Below are positions 1 to 8,735 of a stretch of 64,000 bases of DNA, piece after piece; the stretch's first letter is position 1; every line of letters begins with the position of its first letter. The DNA is from an uncultured Marinilabiliaceae bacterium (lineage in GTDB: Bacteria > Bacteroidota > Bacteroidia > Bacteroidales > Marinilabiliaceae). The position numbers and the translations under genes are program-made. Location of the stretch: assembly GCA_964534235.1 (NCBI GenBank), contig CAZHOT010000018.1, positions 2,019 to 66,018 on the forward strand. The letters are read 5' to 3'. The notes beneath the pieces were generated by a model that had not been told where the DNA came from, did no database searches, and saw only the letters and a list, made by a program, of their open reading frames with translations.

Positions 1-216
1 GACGCCGCGGGCGTCGGCGCCGCGGGTGTAGTAGGCGGCGACGAGGTTGCCCACCATGGTCTTGCCAAACCGCCGCGGGCGGCTCACGCACACGAAGCGC
101 CTGCGACTGCCGTAGCACCTGTTGAGCTCGGCAATTATGAGCGACTTGTCGACATATATGTCGTCGTTCATATCCTCCAAGAGGCTGCCCATGCCGGGGT
201 TGACAAACAGTCCCAT
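1..216 (-). CDS. AAA-ATPase-like protein (Bacteroidales predicted-ATPase family), N-terminal fragment running off the window
   Basis: Minus-strand ATG at 214-216 translates to MGLFVNPGMGSLLEDMNDDIYVDKSLIIAELNRCYGSRRRFVCVSRPRRFGKTMVGNLVAAYY... with an RPRRFGKT nucleotide-binding-like motif. A TAnnTTTG -7 box (revcomp of caaatata, 249-256) lies upstream. No stop in the window. Confidence 0.6.
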   Translation of the reverse strand, partial: MGLFVNPGMGSLLEDMNDDIYVDKSLIIAELNRCYGSRRRFVCVSRPRRFGKTMVGNLVAAYYTRGADARGV

Positions 217-374
217 CCCTCTCTCTCCTTTCTCGCTTTTGCCGACGGCAAATATAGCCAATCGGGCGCAAAAAGGCGGCAAGGCGGGGCCGGCAAGTCG
301 GGAAGCAGCAAGGAAAGAGCAGGAAATAATAAACTAAAACGCGGCGACATGTGGCGAATAGGAAAACAAAATAT

Positions 375-382
375 TATATTTG
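375..382 (+). promoter_or_regulatory. Bacteroidetes-type -7 promoter box TATATTTG upstream of the MFS permease
   Basis: Exact TAnnTTTG match about 80 nt upstream of the ATG at 462. It argues against the GTG start at 351 in the ORF track. Confidence 0.4.
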
Positions 383-461
383 CAAGACAACCAATCCAAA
401 CAACCTACAGGAGCTCCCCGCCACCCACGCCCGACACGCGCAAAAAGAAAGGAGACCCTAC

Positions 462-1763
462 ATGAACGACACCTCACGCCACAGCCCCCCGGCCGCGTCG
501 CCCACACGATGGGTGCCGAGCCTCTATTTCGCCATGGGCCTGCCCTTTGTGGCTCTCAACATGGTCTCGGCGGTGATGTATAAGGACATGGGCGTCTCGG
601 ACTCTCAGATTGCCTTTTGGACGTCGCTCGTCATGTGGCCGTGGACGCTCAAGTTCCTGTGGGCGCCGTTGCTGGAGGTCTTCGGCCGGCGTGGCGCCGT
701 CGTCGTCTCGACGCAGGTCTTGAGCGGCGTCTTGTTCGGCTGCGTGGCGCTGTCGCTCTCCGCGCCGCACTTTTTCGCCGTCGGCGTGGCCCTTTTGGCC
801 GTGGTGGCCTTTAGCGGGGCGACGCACGACATTGCCGCCGACGGCGTCTATATGGCGGTGCTCTCGACGCGCGACCAGGCCCGCTACATCGGGTGGCAGG
901 GCGCCTTCTACAACCTGGCGAAGCTCGTCGCCACGGGCGGCCTGGTGTGGGCCGTCGGGTGGCTCCAGGGGCGCATGGAGACGGCTGCGGCGTGGGCCGC
1001 TGTCATGTCGGCCCTGGGGGCCATGCTCGTGGCCCTGGGCGCGTGGCACTCCCGCGCCCTGCCCCGCGGCGGGTGCGGCGGCGCATCCGGGGGCGGGGCG
1101 GGCGAGGCCCTCGGCGTCCTGCGCGGGGTCGTCGCCTCGTTCGTGGCCAAGCCCCGCGTGTGGGTCTACGTGGGCTTCATCGTCGCCTACCGCCTCGGCG
1201 AGGGCTTCGTCATGAAGATTGTGCCGCTGTTTCTCAAGAGCGGCGTGGCGGAGGGCGGCCTGGGGCTGAGCAACAAGCAGATAGGCCTCTACTATGGGAC
1301 GTTTGGCGCCGGGGCCTTCCTGCTGGGCTCGCTCCTGGCGGGCTACTGGATTGCGCGGCGCGGCCTGCGGCGGTCCCTCGCGGCCCTGTGCTTCGTCTTC
1401 AACCTGCCTTTTGCCGTCTACGCCCTCCTGGCGTGGTTCCAGCCGCAGTCCATGCTCGTCGTCGGCGGAGGCATCGTCGCCGAGTATTTCGGCTACGGCT
1501 TCGGCTTCGTGGGCCTGACGCTCTTCATGATGCAGCAGGTGGCCCCCGGCCCCCACCAGATGGCGCACTACGCCTTCGCCTCCGGCATCATGAACCTGTC
1601 CGTCATGCTGACGGGCATGGCCTCCGGGGCCCTTAGCGACGCCCTGGGCTACCGCCTCTTCTTCGCGCTCGTCATGGCGGCCACCCTGCCGGCCCTCGTC
1701 ATGTCGCGCCTAGTGCCTTTCACCCACCCCGACTCTCCGGAGTCCAAAGAAGCCAAGCCATGA
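462..1763 (+). CDS. MFS transporter, AmpG-type (muropeptide/disaccharide permease family)
   Basis: The 12-14 TM hydrophobic profile and the N-terminus WVPSLYFAMGLPFVALNMVSAVMYKDMGVSDSQIAFWTSL are typical of AmpG-like MFS proteins. ATG at 462 chosen over the upstream GTG. The stop overlaps the GH20 start (ATGA at 1760-1763). Confidence 0.85.
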   Translation: MNDTSRHSPPAASPTRWVPSLYFAMGLPFVALNMVSAVMYKDMGVSDSQIAFWTSLVMWPWTLKFLWAPLLEVFGRRGAVVVSTQVLSGVLFGCVALSLSAPHFFAVGVALLAVVAFSGATHDIAADGVYMAVLSTRDQARYIGWQGAFYNLAKLVATGGLVWAVGWLQGRMETAAAWAAVMSALGAMLVALGAWHSRALPRGGCGGASGGGAGEALGVLRGVVASFVAKPRVWVYVGFIVAYRLGEGFVMKIVPLFLKSGVAEGGLGLSNKQIGLYYGTFGAGAFLLGSLLAGYWIARRGLRRSLAALCFVFNLPFAVYALLAWFQPQSMLVVGGGIVAEYFGYGFGFVGLTLFMMQQVAPGPHQMAHYAFASGIMNLSVMLTGMASGALSDALGYRLFFALVMAATLPALVMSRLVPFTHPDSPESKEAKP

Positions 1764-3814
1764 ACAGAGCCACGCTCCTCTTCGGCCTCTTGTCCGCCAT
1801 TGCCGCCGCGCCGGGTTGCGACGGCGGCGCGGAGAGCGAGAGCGTCGTCGTGCCGCGCCCCGCCGAGGTGCGCCCCCTGTCGGGCTACAGCCTCGTCTCC
1901 GGCGGGCTGGCCCTGAGCATCGCCGCCCCCGACAGCGTGGCGCGGCCCCTGGAGGAGCAGGCGCGCCTCTCGCCCCTGCCCCTGGCCCGCCCGGGCGCCG
2001 ACGCCGCGCCCGGCCACACGCTGACCCTGGAGCTGAGCCAGTCCGCCACCCTGCCCGCCTCGGCCGAGGGCTACCACCTGCGCGTCCACCCCGCCGGCAT
2101 CGGCATACGCTCGCGCGGCGCGGCGGGCCTCTTCTACGGCCTGCAGACCCTCGTGGCCCTCTTCGAGCGCCACGGCGGCCAGATCCCGGCGCAAGAGATT
2201 GCGGACAGCCCCCGCTTCAGCTGGCGCGGCCTCCACCTCGACGTCTCGCGCCACTTCTTCGACAAGGAGTTCGTCAAGAAGCAGATGCGCATGATGGCGC
2301 GGCTGAAGCTCAACCGCCTCCACCTGCACCTCACCGACGCCGCCGGGTGGCGGCTGGAGGTGGGCGCCCACCCGGAGCTGACCGAGATTGGCGCGTGGCG
2401 CCAGGGGGCGACGTGGCGCGAGTGGGACGAGGGCGGACACCGGCAGTCGCGCCAGGGAGCCATGGGGGCCTATGGGGGCTTCTTCTCGCGTGCCGACGTG
2501 GAGGACATCGTGGCGACGGGCCGCGCCCTCCACATAGAGGTCGTCCCGGAGATTGAGTTCCCCGGCCACTCGGAGGAGGTCTTGGCCTCGATGCCCGACC
2601 TGGCGTGCCGCGGCGGCGTGGCGGGCGGCGAGCTGTGCCTGGGCAACGAGCGCACCTTTGAGGTCTTCGAGGGCGTACTGTCCGAGGTCTTGCGCCTCTT
2701 CCCGTCGGAGTATGTCCACATCGGCGGCGACGAGGCGGGGCACGCGGCGTGGGAGGCGTGCCCGCTGTGCCGCGAGACGATGGCCCGCGAGGGGCTGGAG
2801 TCCGCCGCCGAGCTCCAGGGCTGGGGCGTCCGCCGCCTGGGCGACTTCCTGGCGCGCCACGGGCGGCGCATGGTGGGGTGGGACGAAATCGCGGACGGCG
2901 GGCTGGCCCCCGGGGCCGTCGTCATGTCGTGGCGAGGCGAGGAGGGCGGGCGCCGCGCCGCCGCCATGGGGCACGACGTGGTGATGACGCCCGGCGCGCA
3001 CTGCTACCTGGACAGCTACCAGGACAACCCGATGACGGAGCCACTGGCCATGTCGGGCTACCTGCCCCTGCCGCGCGTCTACTCCTACGACCCCGCCCCG
3101 CCCACCATGGAGGGGCGCGGGAGGGTCCTGGGCGTCCAGGCCAACCTGTGGACGGAGCACGTCGAGACGGAGGCCCACGCCGAATATATGCTCTACCCGC
3201 GGCTCTTCGCCCTGGCCGAGGTGGCGTGGAGCGCGGCCGAGGGCAAGAGCTACGCCGACTTCCACCGCCGCGCGCTGTGGCTCACGAGCCGCGCCAGGGC
3301 CCTGGGCTACAACACTTTCGACCTGGAGCGCGAGCAGGGCGAGCGCCACGAGAGCCTACGGCCCGACAGCCACCGGGCCGTGGGGTGCCCGGTGACCTAC
3401 GGGACGGAGTGGAACAGCGCCTACCCCGCCGAGGGGGCCTCGACGCTGACCAACGGCCTCCGCGGGCCCTGGAGCTACAAGACGCGGTGGCAGGGATTCC
3501 TCGGCACGGACGTCGACGTGACGGTGGACCTGCGCGAGGTGACGGACATCGGCGAGGTGGCGGCCGACTTCGTGCAGTGGCACTCGGCATGGATATGGAT
3601 GCCGGAGAGGGTCTCAATCTACGTCTCGGACGACGGCGCGGACTTCCGCCTGCTCCACACCGCCGAGAACGGCTACCCGCCCGAGGAGCGCCGCCCGGCG
3701 TGGCAGACCTTCGCATGGCACGGCGCGGACCGCGCCCGCTACGTCCGCCTGGTGGCCGAGGTCAACAAAATCCGGGGGGGATGGCTCTTCACGGACGAAA
3801 TCAGAATCAATTAA
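1760..3814 (+). CDS. Beta-N-acetylhexosaminidase (GH20) with C-terminal F5/8 type C (discoidin) domain, lipoprotein
   Basis: GH20 motifs are WRGLHLDVSRHFF and HIGGDE. The lipobox signal is MNRATLLFGLLSAIAAAPGC. The C-terminal ~150 aa are discoidin-like. Confidence 0.9.
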   Translation: MNRATLLFGLLSAIAAAPGCDGGAESESVVVPRPAEVRPLSGYSLVSGGLALSIAAPDSVARPLEEQARLSPLPLARPGADAAPGHTLTLELSQSATLPASAEGYHLRVHPAGIGIRSRGAAGLFYGLQTLVALFERHGGQIPAQEIADSPRFSWRGLHLDVSRHFFDKEFVKKQMRMMARLKLNRLHLHLTDAAGWRLEVGAHPELTEIGAWRQGATWREWDEGGHRQSRQGAMGAYGGFFSRADVEDIVATGRALHIEVVPEIEFPGHSEEVLASMPDLACRGGVAGGELCLGNERTFEVFEGVLSEVLRLFPSEYVHIGGDEAGHAAWEACPLCRETMAREGLESAAELQGWGVRRLGDFLARHGRRMVGWDEIADGGLAPGAVVMSWRGEEGGRRAAAMGHDVVMTPGAHCYLDSYQDNPMTEPLAMSGYLPLPRVYSYDPAPPTMEGRGRVLGVQANLWTEHVETEAHAEYMLYPRLFALAEVAWSAAEGKSYADFHRRALWLTSRARALGYNTFDLEREQGERHESLRPDSHRAVGCPVTYGTEWNSAYPAEGASTLTNGLRGPWSYKTRWQGFLGTDVDVTVDLREVTDIGEVAADFVQWHSAWIWMPERVSIYVSDDGADFRLLHTAENGYPPEERRPAWQTFAWHGADRARYVRLVAEVNKIRGGWLFTDEIRIN

Positions 3815-3965
3815 TAATTAAGAATGAATAATTAATAATTGACGACTTCCCAATTGACAATTGACAACGCTTCAATTGACAATGGACAATTGACAATTGA
3901 CAACCTTCCAATTGACAATTGACAATGAACAATTGACAACCGACCGGGGAGGCCCCAGGGACAAC
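3808..3965. repeat. Composite intergenic element, copy A (AT-rich AATTAATAATT block, ATTGACA heptamer array, CCGACCGGGGAG box)
   Basis: Shares ordered blocks with 5092-5215. The upstream gene stop codon lies inside the AATTAATAATT block in both copies. Confidence 0.8.
3851..3940. repeat. Heptanucleotide tandem array (ATTGACA)n, three runs interrupted by short spacers
   Basis: Direct reading gives caattgacaattgacaa / caattgacaatggacaattgacaattgacaa / caattgacaattgacaatgaacaattgacaa. Each junction creates a CAATTG palindrome. Confidence 0.9.
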
Positions 3966-4043
3966 ATCAAACCCAGGGACAACATCCCCCCCCAAAAAAA
4001 CGACACATATAAAAACAAACATAACCGACAGACACAGACAACC

Positions 4044-4631
4044 ATGAAACAAAAGATTCTACTACTGTTCCTCGCCCCGCTCCTGGGCGCCGCGGCCTCG
4101 GCCACAGACTACGAGGGGACGCTGAAAGTCTCCGCGGGGGCGCAGACCGAGGAGACGGCCACGGGGGCCCACGCCACGTGGGACGCCGAGCAGAAGACCC
4201 TGCTCGTCTCCGGCTTCCGCACCACGGGCTACGGGCAGGTGGGCGACGTGAGCATCGCCGAGGTGACGCTCTCTGAGACGACGCTGAGCGCCACGGCGGT
4301 GAGCGTCGAGGTCAAGCTCGGCGGGCAGACGACGATGAAGACGCGGTGCACCCTGAGCGGGACCCTGGAGGGCAAGACGCTGAAGTTCAGCGCCACGTTC
4401 GTCAACGAGACAGCCACGGCGGCGACGGCCGACGCCTCGCCCACACTGAAGCTCGACTTCGAGGGCACGGAGAGCCAGACGCGCTCGCTCAAGCGCATTG
4501 CTGACGCCGACGACAAGGCCGTGGAGGGCGTCTACGACCTCACGGGGCGGCGCATCGAGGAGGCCCCGCGCCGGGGAGTGTATATCGTGCGCCACACCGA
4601 CGGCACGGCGCGCAAAATCGTGGTGCGATGA
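4044..4631 (+). CDS. Hypothetical secreted protein with T9SS C-terminal sorting-domain-like tail
   Basis: The signal peptide is MKQKILLLFLAPLLGAAASA. The body is beta-rich and Thr/Ser-rich. The C-terminus EGVYDLTGRRIEEAPRRGVYIVRHTDGTARKIVVR resembles a type A Por/T9SS CTD. ATG at 4044 chosen because the ORF-track start at 3897 lies in the repeat array. Confidence 0.6.
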   Translation: MKQKILLLFLAPLLGAAASATDYEGTLKVSAGAQTEETATGAHATWDAEQKTLLVSGFRTTGYGQVGDVSIAEVTLSETTLSATAVSVEVKLGGQTTMKTRCTLSGTLEGKTLKFSATFVNETATAATADASPTLKLDFEGTESQTRSLKRIADADDKAVEGVYDLTGRRIEEAPRRGVYIVRHTDGTARKIVVR

Positions 4632-5098
4632 GAGCCGCCGTGGTCGCCGCGGCCCTGATGGCGGCGGCCGTCCCCGCCGCGGGGCAATATAACAGCCCCT
4701 ACGGCGAGGAGGGCGGCCGGGTCCCACAGGCGCGGGAGATCGACGAGGGCGCCGGGGCGCGGCTGCGCGAGGCCCTCATGTTCGACTACTCGCGCCACCG
4801 CCACCGCCGCAACGTCGGCATAGTCCTGGGCGCGGCGGGCGTCGCCGCCTACGCCGCGGGGGTTGCCCTCGCCGCCACATGGGACATGAGCCACGACAGC
4901 ACGGACGACTGCGGCACGGGCCACGGCAACGGCGGCCTGGCCCTGGGCATCTCGATGGCGCTGACGGGCATGACGGCCCACGCCGTGGGCGTCCCCCTGG
5001 CCGTCGTCAACGGCGTGCGCATGGGGCGGACGCGCCGCCAATATATGTCGAGGCTCAACCGCTCGATAGACTACGACTACCAACGGCTGAGGAATTAA
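4628..5098 (+). CDS. Hypothetical membrane protein (signal peptide plus two predicted TM helices)
   Basis: ATGA overlap with the preceding gene at 4628-4631. The signal is MRAAVVAAALMAAAVPAAGQ. Hydrophobic segments are VGIVLGAAGVAAYAAGVALAA and LALGISMALTGMTAHAVGVPLAVV. No recognisable family. Confidence 0.5.
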   Translation: MRAAVVAAALMAAAVPAAGQYNSPYGEEGGRVPQAREIDEGAGARLREALMFDYSRHRHRRNVGIVLGAAGVAAYAAGVALAATWDMSHDSTDDCGTGHGNGGLALGISMALTGMTAHAVGVPLAVVNGVRMGRTRRQYMSRLNRSIDYDYQRLRN

Positions 5099-5215
5099 TA
5101 ATTTAGAATTAATAATTAATAATTGGCGATGGGCAACCGACCGGGGAGCAAATTGACAATTGACAATTGACAATTGACAATGAACAATGGACAACTGACC
5201 GGGAGAGACCAGGGG
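5092..5215. repeat. Composite intergenic element, copy B
   Basis: Has the same blocks as copy A (AATTAATAATTTAGAATTAATAATTAATAATTG, CCGACCGGGGAG, ATTGACA heptamers ending ATGAACAATGGACAAC). Confidence 0.8.
5150..5196. repeat. Heptanucleotide tandem array (ATTGACA)n, second copy
   Basis: Reads aaattgacaattgacaattgacaattgacaatgaacaatggacaac. Confidence 0.9.
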
Positions 5216-5227
5216 GGCGCCACGCCA

Positions 5228-5279
5228 CTCAAAGCCCCAAAGGGGCGACATAAGGCAGCCTAGGGCGTAAGCCCTAGGA
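5228..5279 (+). repeat. REP-like double-hairpin element, copy R1
   Basis: Reads ctcaaaGCCCCaaaGGGGCgacataaggcagCCTAGGGCgtaaGCCCTAGGa. Hairpin 1 has a 5-bp stem. Hairpin 2 has an 8-bp stem with a GTAA (GNRA) loop. Confidence 0.8.
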
Positions 5280-5409
5280 CGACGCATGAGCCCTAGGACG
5301 AAACATAAGACCTAGAAGACAACTCGCAAACCTAGGACAATTCGCGGACTTAGAAGACAACATGCGAACCCTAGGCACAACTCGTGACTCCCTAGGACAA
5401 CCCATAGAC
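5273..5409. repeat. Degenerate ~20-nt tandem repeats phased on CCTAGG(A/C)
   Basis: Seven units of 19-21 nt begin cctaggac / cctagaag / cctaggac / (c)ttagaag / cctaggca / cctaggac. CTAG occurs 7 times in about 180 nt if the copy at 5260-5263 inside the adjacent R1 element is included. Related CCCAGGGACAACATC x2 occurs at 3953-3986. Confidence 0.75.
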
Positions 5410-5429
5410 AAAAAAAACGACACACACAA

Positions 5430-6440
5430 ATGACCGGAAGAATCAGCATCGTGGGAGACGCCCTGCCCCACATCCCGTGGGAGGAGCGGCCGGAGGGCTG
5501 CCGCGACGTCTTGTGGCGCCACAGCGGGAACCCCATCATAGGGCGCGGCGCCCTCTCGACGTCCAACTCGGTGTTCAACTCGGCCGTCGTGCCGTTCCGC
5601 CGCGGGGGCTTCCGCTTCGCCGGCGTCTTCCGATGCGACGACACCAACCGCCGCATGCGCCTCCACGCCGGCTTCTCGGCCGACGGCCTGGAGTGGGACA
5701 TCTTCGAGGACGACCTGCGCCTCGTCGGGGCCGACGCCGAGGTGGGGCGGTGGGTCTACGGCTACGACCCGCGGGTGACGCCCCTGGAGGGACGATATTG
5801 GGTGACGTGGTGCAACGGATATCACGGGCCGACGATTGGCGTGGCGTGGACGGAGGACTTCGAGACGTTCCACCAGGTGGAGAACGCCTTCCTGCCCTAC
5901 AACCGCAACGGCGTCCTCTTCCCGCGGCGCATAGGCGGCAAATATGCCATGCTGTCGCGCCCTAGCGACACGGGGCACACGGCCTTTGGCGACATCTTCT
6001 ATTCGGAGAGCCCCGACATGGTGCATTGGGGCCGCCACCGCCACGTCATGTCGCCGGCGGCCTTTGAGGTGTCGGCGTGGCAATGCACCAAGATTGGCGC
6101 CGGGCCCGTGCCGATAGAGACCTCCGAGGGGTGGCTCCTCTTCTACCACGGCGTCCTGCGCTCGTGCAACGGCTACGTCTACGCCTTTGGCTCGGCACTG
6201 CTCGACCTCGACGCCCCGTGGCGCGTCGTGGCGCGCAGCGGGCCCTACCTCCTCTCGCCCCGCGAGCCCTACGAGCTCATGGGCGACGTCCCCAACGTGA
6301 CGTTCCCCTGCGCCGCCCTGTGCGACGCCCCGACGGGACGCGTGGCGGTATACTACGGCGCGGCCGACACCGTGACGTGCCTGGCCATGGGCCGCGCCGA
6401 CGAGATTGTCCGCTTCACCAAGGAGAACAGCATAGCATGA
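5430..6440 (+). CDS. GH130 glycoside phosphorylase (beta-1,4-mannosyl-N-acetylglucosamine phosphorylase-like), cytoplasmic
   Basis: Length (336 aa) and sequence (WRHSGNPII...FNSAVVPF...YGYDPRVT...[19 protein letters not shown]...[23 protein letters not shown]...GAGP) fit the BT1033-type GH130 family. No signal peptide. Confidence 0.88.
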   Translation: MTGRISIVGDALPHIPWEERPEGCRDVLWRHSGNPIIGRGALSTSNSVFNSAVVPFRRGGFRFAGVFRCDDTNRRMRLHAGFSADGLEWDIFEDDLRLVGADAEVGRWVYGYDPRVTPLEGRYWVTWCNGYHGPTIGVAWTEDFETFHQVENAFLPYNRNGVLFPRRIGGKYAMLSRPSDTGHTAFGDIFYSESPDMVHWGRHRHVMSPAAFEVSAWQCTKIGAGPVPIETSEGWLLFYHGVLRSCNGYVYAFGSALLDLDAPWRVVARSGPYLLSPREPYELMGDVPNVTFPCAALCDAPTGRVAVYYGAADTVTCLAMGRADEIVRFTKENSIA

Positions 6441-8692
6441 GGGCCGCCGTCCTGCTCTGCCTGCTCGCCACGGCGCCGGCCGCCGCGGCGCAAGGCCTGT
6501 CGGGCCTGGTGGACCCTTTCATCGGGACGACGAACTTCGGGACGACGAACCCCGGGGCCACGCTCCCGCACGGCATGATGCAGGTCGTCCCGTTCAACGT
6601 CATGGGCTCGGACGCCAACGCCTACGACAAGGACTCGCGGTGGTGGAGCGCGCCCTACGAGCGGGGCAACACATACCTGACGGGCTTCGCCCACGGGGCG
6701 CTGAGCGGCGTGGGGTGCCCCGACATGGGCGCCCTGCTGACCATGGCCACCGCCGGCGAGCTGAGCGTGGACTACCGCGAGTATGGCAGCGCGACGGCCG
6801 ACGAGGAGGCCCGGCCGGGCTACTACGCCGCCACGCTACGCCGCTACGGCATCCGCGCCGAGGCCACGGCCACGCTCCGCACCGGCGCCGAGCGCTACAC
6901 GTTCGCCGCCGGGCGGGGCCACATCTTGCTCAACCTGGGCGAGGGGCTGACCAACGAGAGCGGGGCCATGGTGCGCCGCGTCGGCCCGGCGGAGATCGAG
7001 GGCGTGAAGCTCCTGGGGACGTTCTGCTACAACCCGCAGGCCGTCTTCCCGGTCTACTTCGTGGCGCGCGTCTCGCGCATCCCGTCGAGGAGCGGATATT
7101 GGAAGAGGCAGCGCCCCATGGAGGGCGTCGAGGCGGAGTGGACGCCGGACAACGGGCGCTACAAGCTCTACACCGCCTACGGGCGCGAGCTGGCGGGCGA
7201 CGACGTGGGATATTGGTTCACGTTCGACGACCTGGCCGACGGCGAGCAGGTGGAGGTGCGGACGGGCATCTCGTATGTCTCGACGGCCAACGCCCGCGCC
7301 AACCTCGACGCCGAGCAGCCGCCGGGGACGACGTTCGACGACATGCGCCAGGCGGCGCGGCGGGAGTGGGACGAGGCCCTGGGGCGAATCCGCGTCGGCG
7401 GCGGCACGGCCGAACAGCGGACTGTCTTCTACACGGCCCTCTACCACGCCCTGCTCCACCCCAACATCCTCAACGACGCGAACGGCGAATATCCGCTCAT
7501 GGAGCGCAGCGGCGAGACGGGGCGCGTGGCGCGGGGCGAGAGCCGCTACACGGTCTTCTCGCTGTGGGACACCTACCGCAACGTCCACCAGCTGCTCACC
7601 CTGGCCTATCCCGAGCGCCAGGAGCAGATGGCGCGGACCATGGTCGAGATGTACCGCGAGTGGGGATGGCTGCCCAAGTGGGAGCTCTACGGGCGCGAGA
7701 CGTTCACCATGGAGGGCGACCCCGCCACGCCCGTCCTTGTCGACACGTGGATGAAGGGGCTGCGCGGCTTCGACATCAAGACGGCCTACGAGGCCATGCT
7801 CAAAGGGGCCACGACGCCCGGGGCCGCGAACCGCCTCCGGCCCGACATAGACCCCTACGTGGAGCGCGGCTACATCCCGCTGGGCCACTACGCCAAAGAC
7901 CTGGCGGGCGACGCCTCGGTGTCGCACGCCCTGGAATATTACGTGGCCGACGCCGCCCTGGCCCTGCTCGCCGACTCGCTCGGCCGGGAGGCCGACGCCG
8001 CCATGCTCCGCCGCCGCTCGGCGGGATGGCGCCACTACTACGACGCCGAGAGCGGCGCCCTGCGCCCCCGACAGGCGGACGGCACGTTCCTGACGCCCTT
8101 CGACCCCAAAGACGGCGCCAACTTCTCGGCCGCGCCGGGCTTCCACGAGGGCAGCGCGTGGAACTACACTTTCTTCGTGCCCCACGACGTCGAGGGCCTG
8201 GCGCGCCAGATGGGCGGGGGGCGGCGCTTCGTCGAGAAGCTGCAGAGGGTCTTCGACGAGGGCCTCTACGACCCCGCCAACGAGCCCGACATCGCCTACG
8301 CCTACCTCTTCAGCCGTTTCCGCGGCGAGGAGTGGCGCACGCAGCGCGAGACGCGCCGCCTCTTGGAGCGCCACTTCACGACGCGCCCCGACGGGATTCC
8401 CGGCAACGACGACACGGGCACCATGTCGGCATGGGCCGTCTTCACCATGCTGGGCCTCTACCCCGACTGCCCCGGGCAGCCTTTCTACACCCTGACGGCA
8501 CCGACCTTCGACCGCGCCGAGATTGACACCGGCGGCGGCCGCACGCTCACCATCGAGAAGAGCGGCCGCGGATATGTCGACCGCATATGGCTCGGCGGCA
8601 AGAGGCTGCGCAAGTTCCGCATCGGCCACGGCGAGCTGATGGAGGGCGGGGCGCTGCGTCTCGAGCTGGCGCCCCGCGGCGACGGGGAGTGA
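6437..8692 (+). CDS. GH92 alpha-mannosidase, secreted
   Basis: The N-terminal signal is [20 protein letters not shown], followed by [28 protein letters not shown]. The GH92 core includes [13 protein letters not shown] and [15 protein letters not shown] overlap with GH130 at 6437-6440. Confidence 0.92.
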   Translation: MRAAVLLCLLATAPAAAAQGLSGLVDPFIGTTNFGTTNPGATLPHGMMQVVPFNVMGSDANAYDKDSRWWSAPYERGNTYLTGFAHGALSGVGCPDMGALLTMATAGELSVDYREYGSATADEEARPGYYAATLRRYGIRAEATATLRTGAERYTFAAGRGHILLNLGEGLTNESGAMVRRVGPAEIEGVKLLGTFCYNPQAVFPVYFVARVSRIPSRSGYWKRQRPMEGVEAEWTPDNGRYKLYTAYGRELAGDDVGYWFTFDDLADGEQVEVRTGISYVSTANARANLDAEQPPGTTFDDMRQAARREWDEALGRIRVGGGTAEQRTVFYTALYHALLHPNILNDANGEYPLMERSGETGRVARGESRYTVFSLWDTYRNVHQLLTLAYPERQEQMARTMVEMYREWGWLPKWELYGRETFTMEGDPATPVLVDTWMKGLRGFDIKTAYEAMLKGATTPGAANRLRPDIDPYVERGYIPLGHYAKDLAGDASVSHALEYYVADAALALLADSLGREADAAMLRRRSAGWRHYYDAESGALRPRQADGTFLTPFDPKDGANFSAAPGFHEGSAWNYTFFVPHDVEGLARQMGGGRRFVEKLQRVFDEGLYDPANEPDIAYAYLFSRFRGEEWRTQRETRRLLERHFTTRPDGIPGNDDTGTMSAWAVFTMLGLYPDCPGQPFYTLTAPTFDRAEIDTGGGRTLTIEKSGRGYVDRIWLGGKRLRKFRIGHGELMEGGALRLELAPRGDGE

Positions 8693-8735
8693 CGCCGGCA
8701 AAAGCAGGAACTCTCAAAACAAACATATCTGCAAC

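Noticed and set aside
351-461. The GTG start at 351 for the MFS permease, and similar N-terminal extensions of track ORFs (3897, 6077, 11966, 22891, 23765, 32513, 33362, 44305, 51662, 54397, 56100, 56453, 58110).
   Set aside because: The extensions run through promoters, terminators, repeats or the preceding gene, and they place signal peptides internally. Internal ATGs give canonical N-termini.
3808-5409. Whether the short tandem repeats could be a CRISPR array.
   Set aside because: The units are 7 nt or ~20 nt with no unique spacers of 25-40 nt between constant repeats, and no cas genes are in the window.
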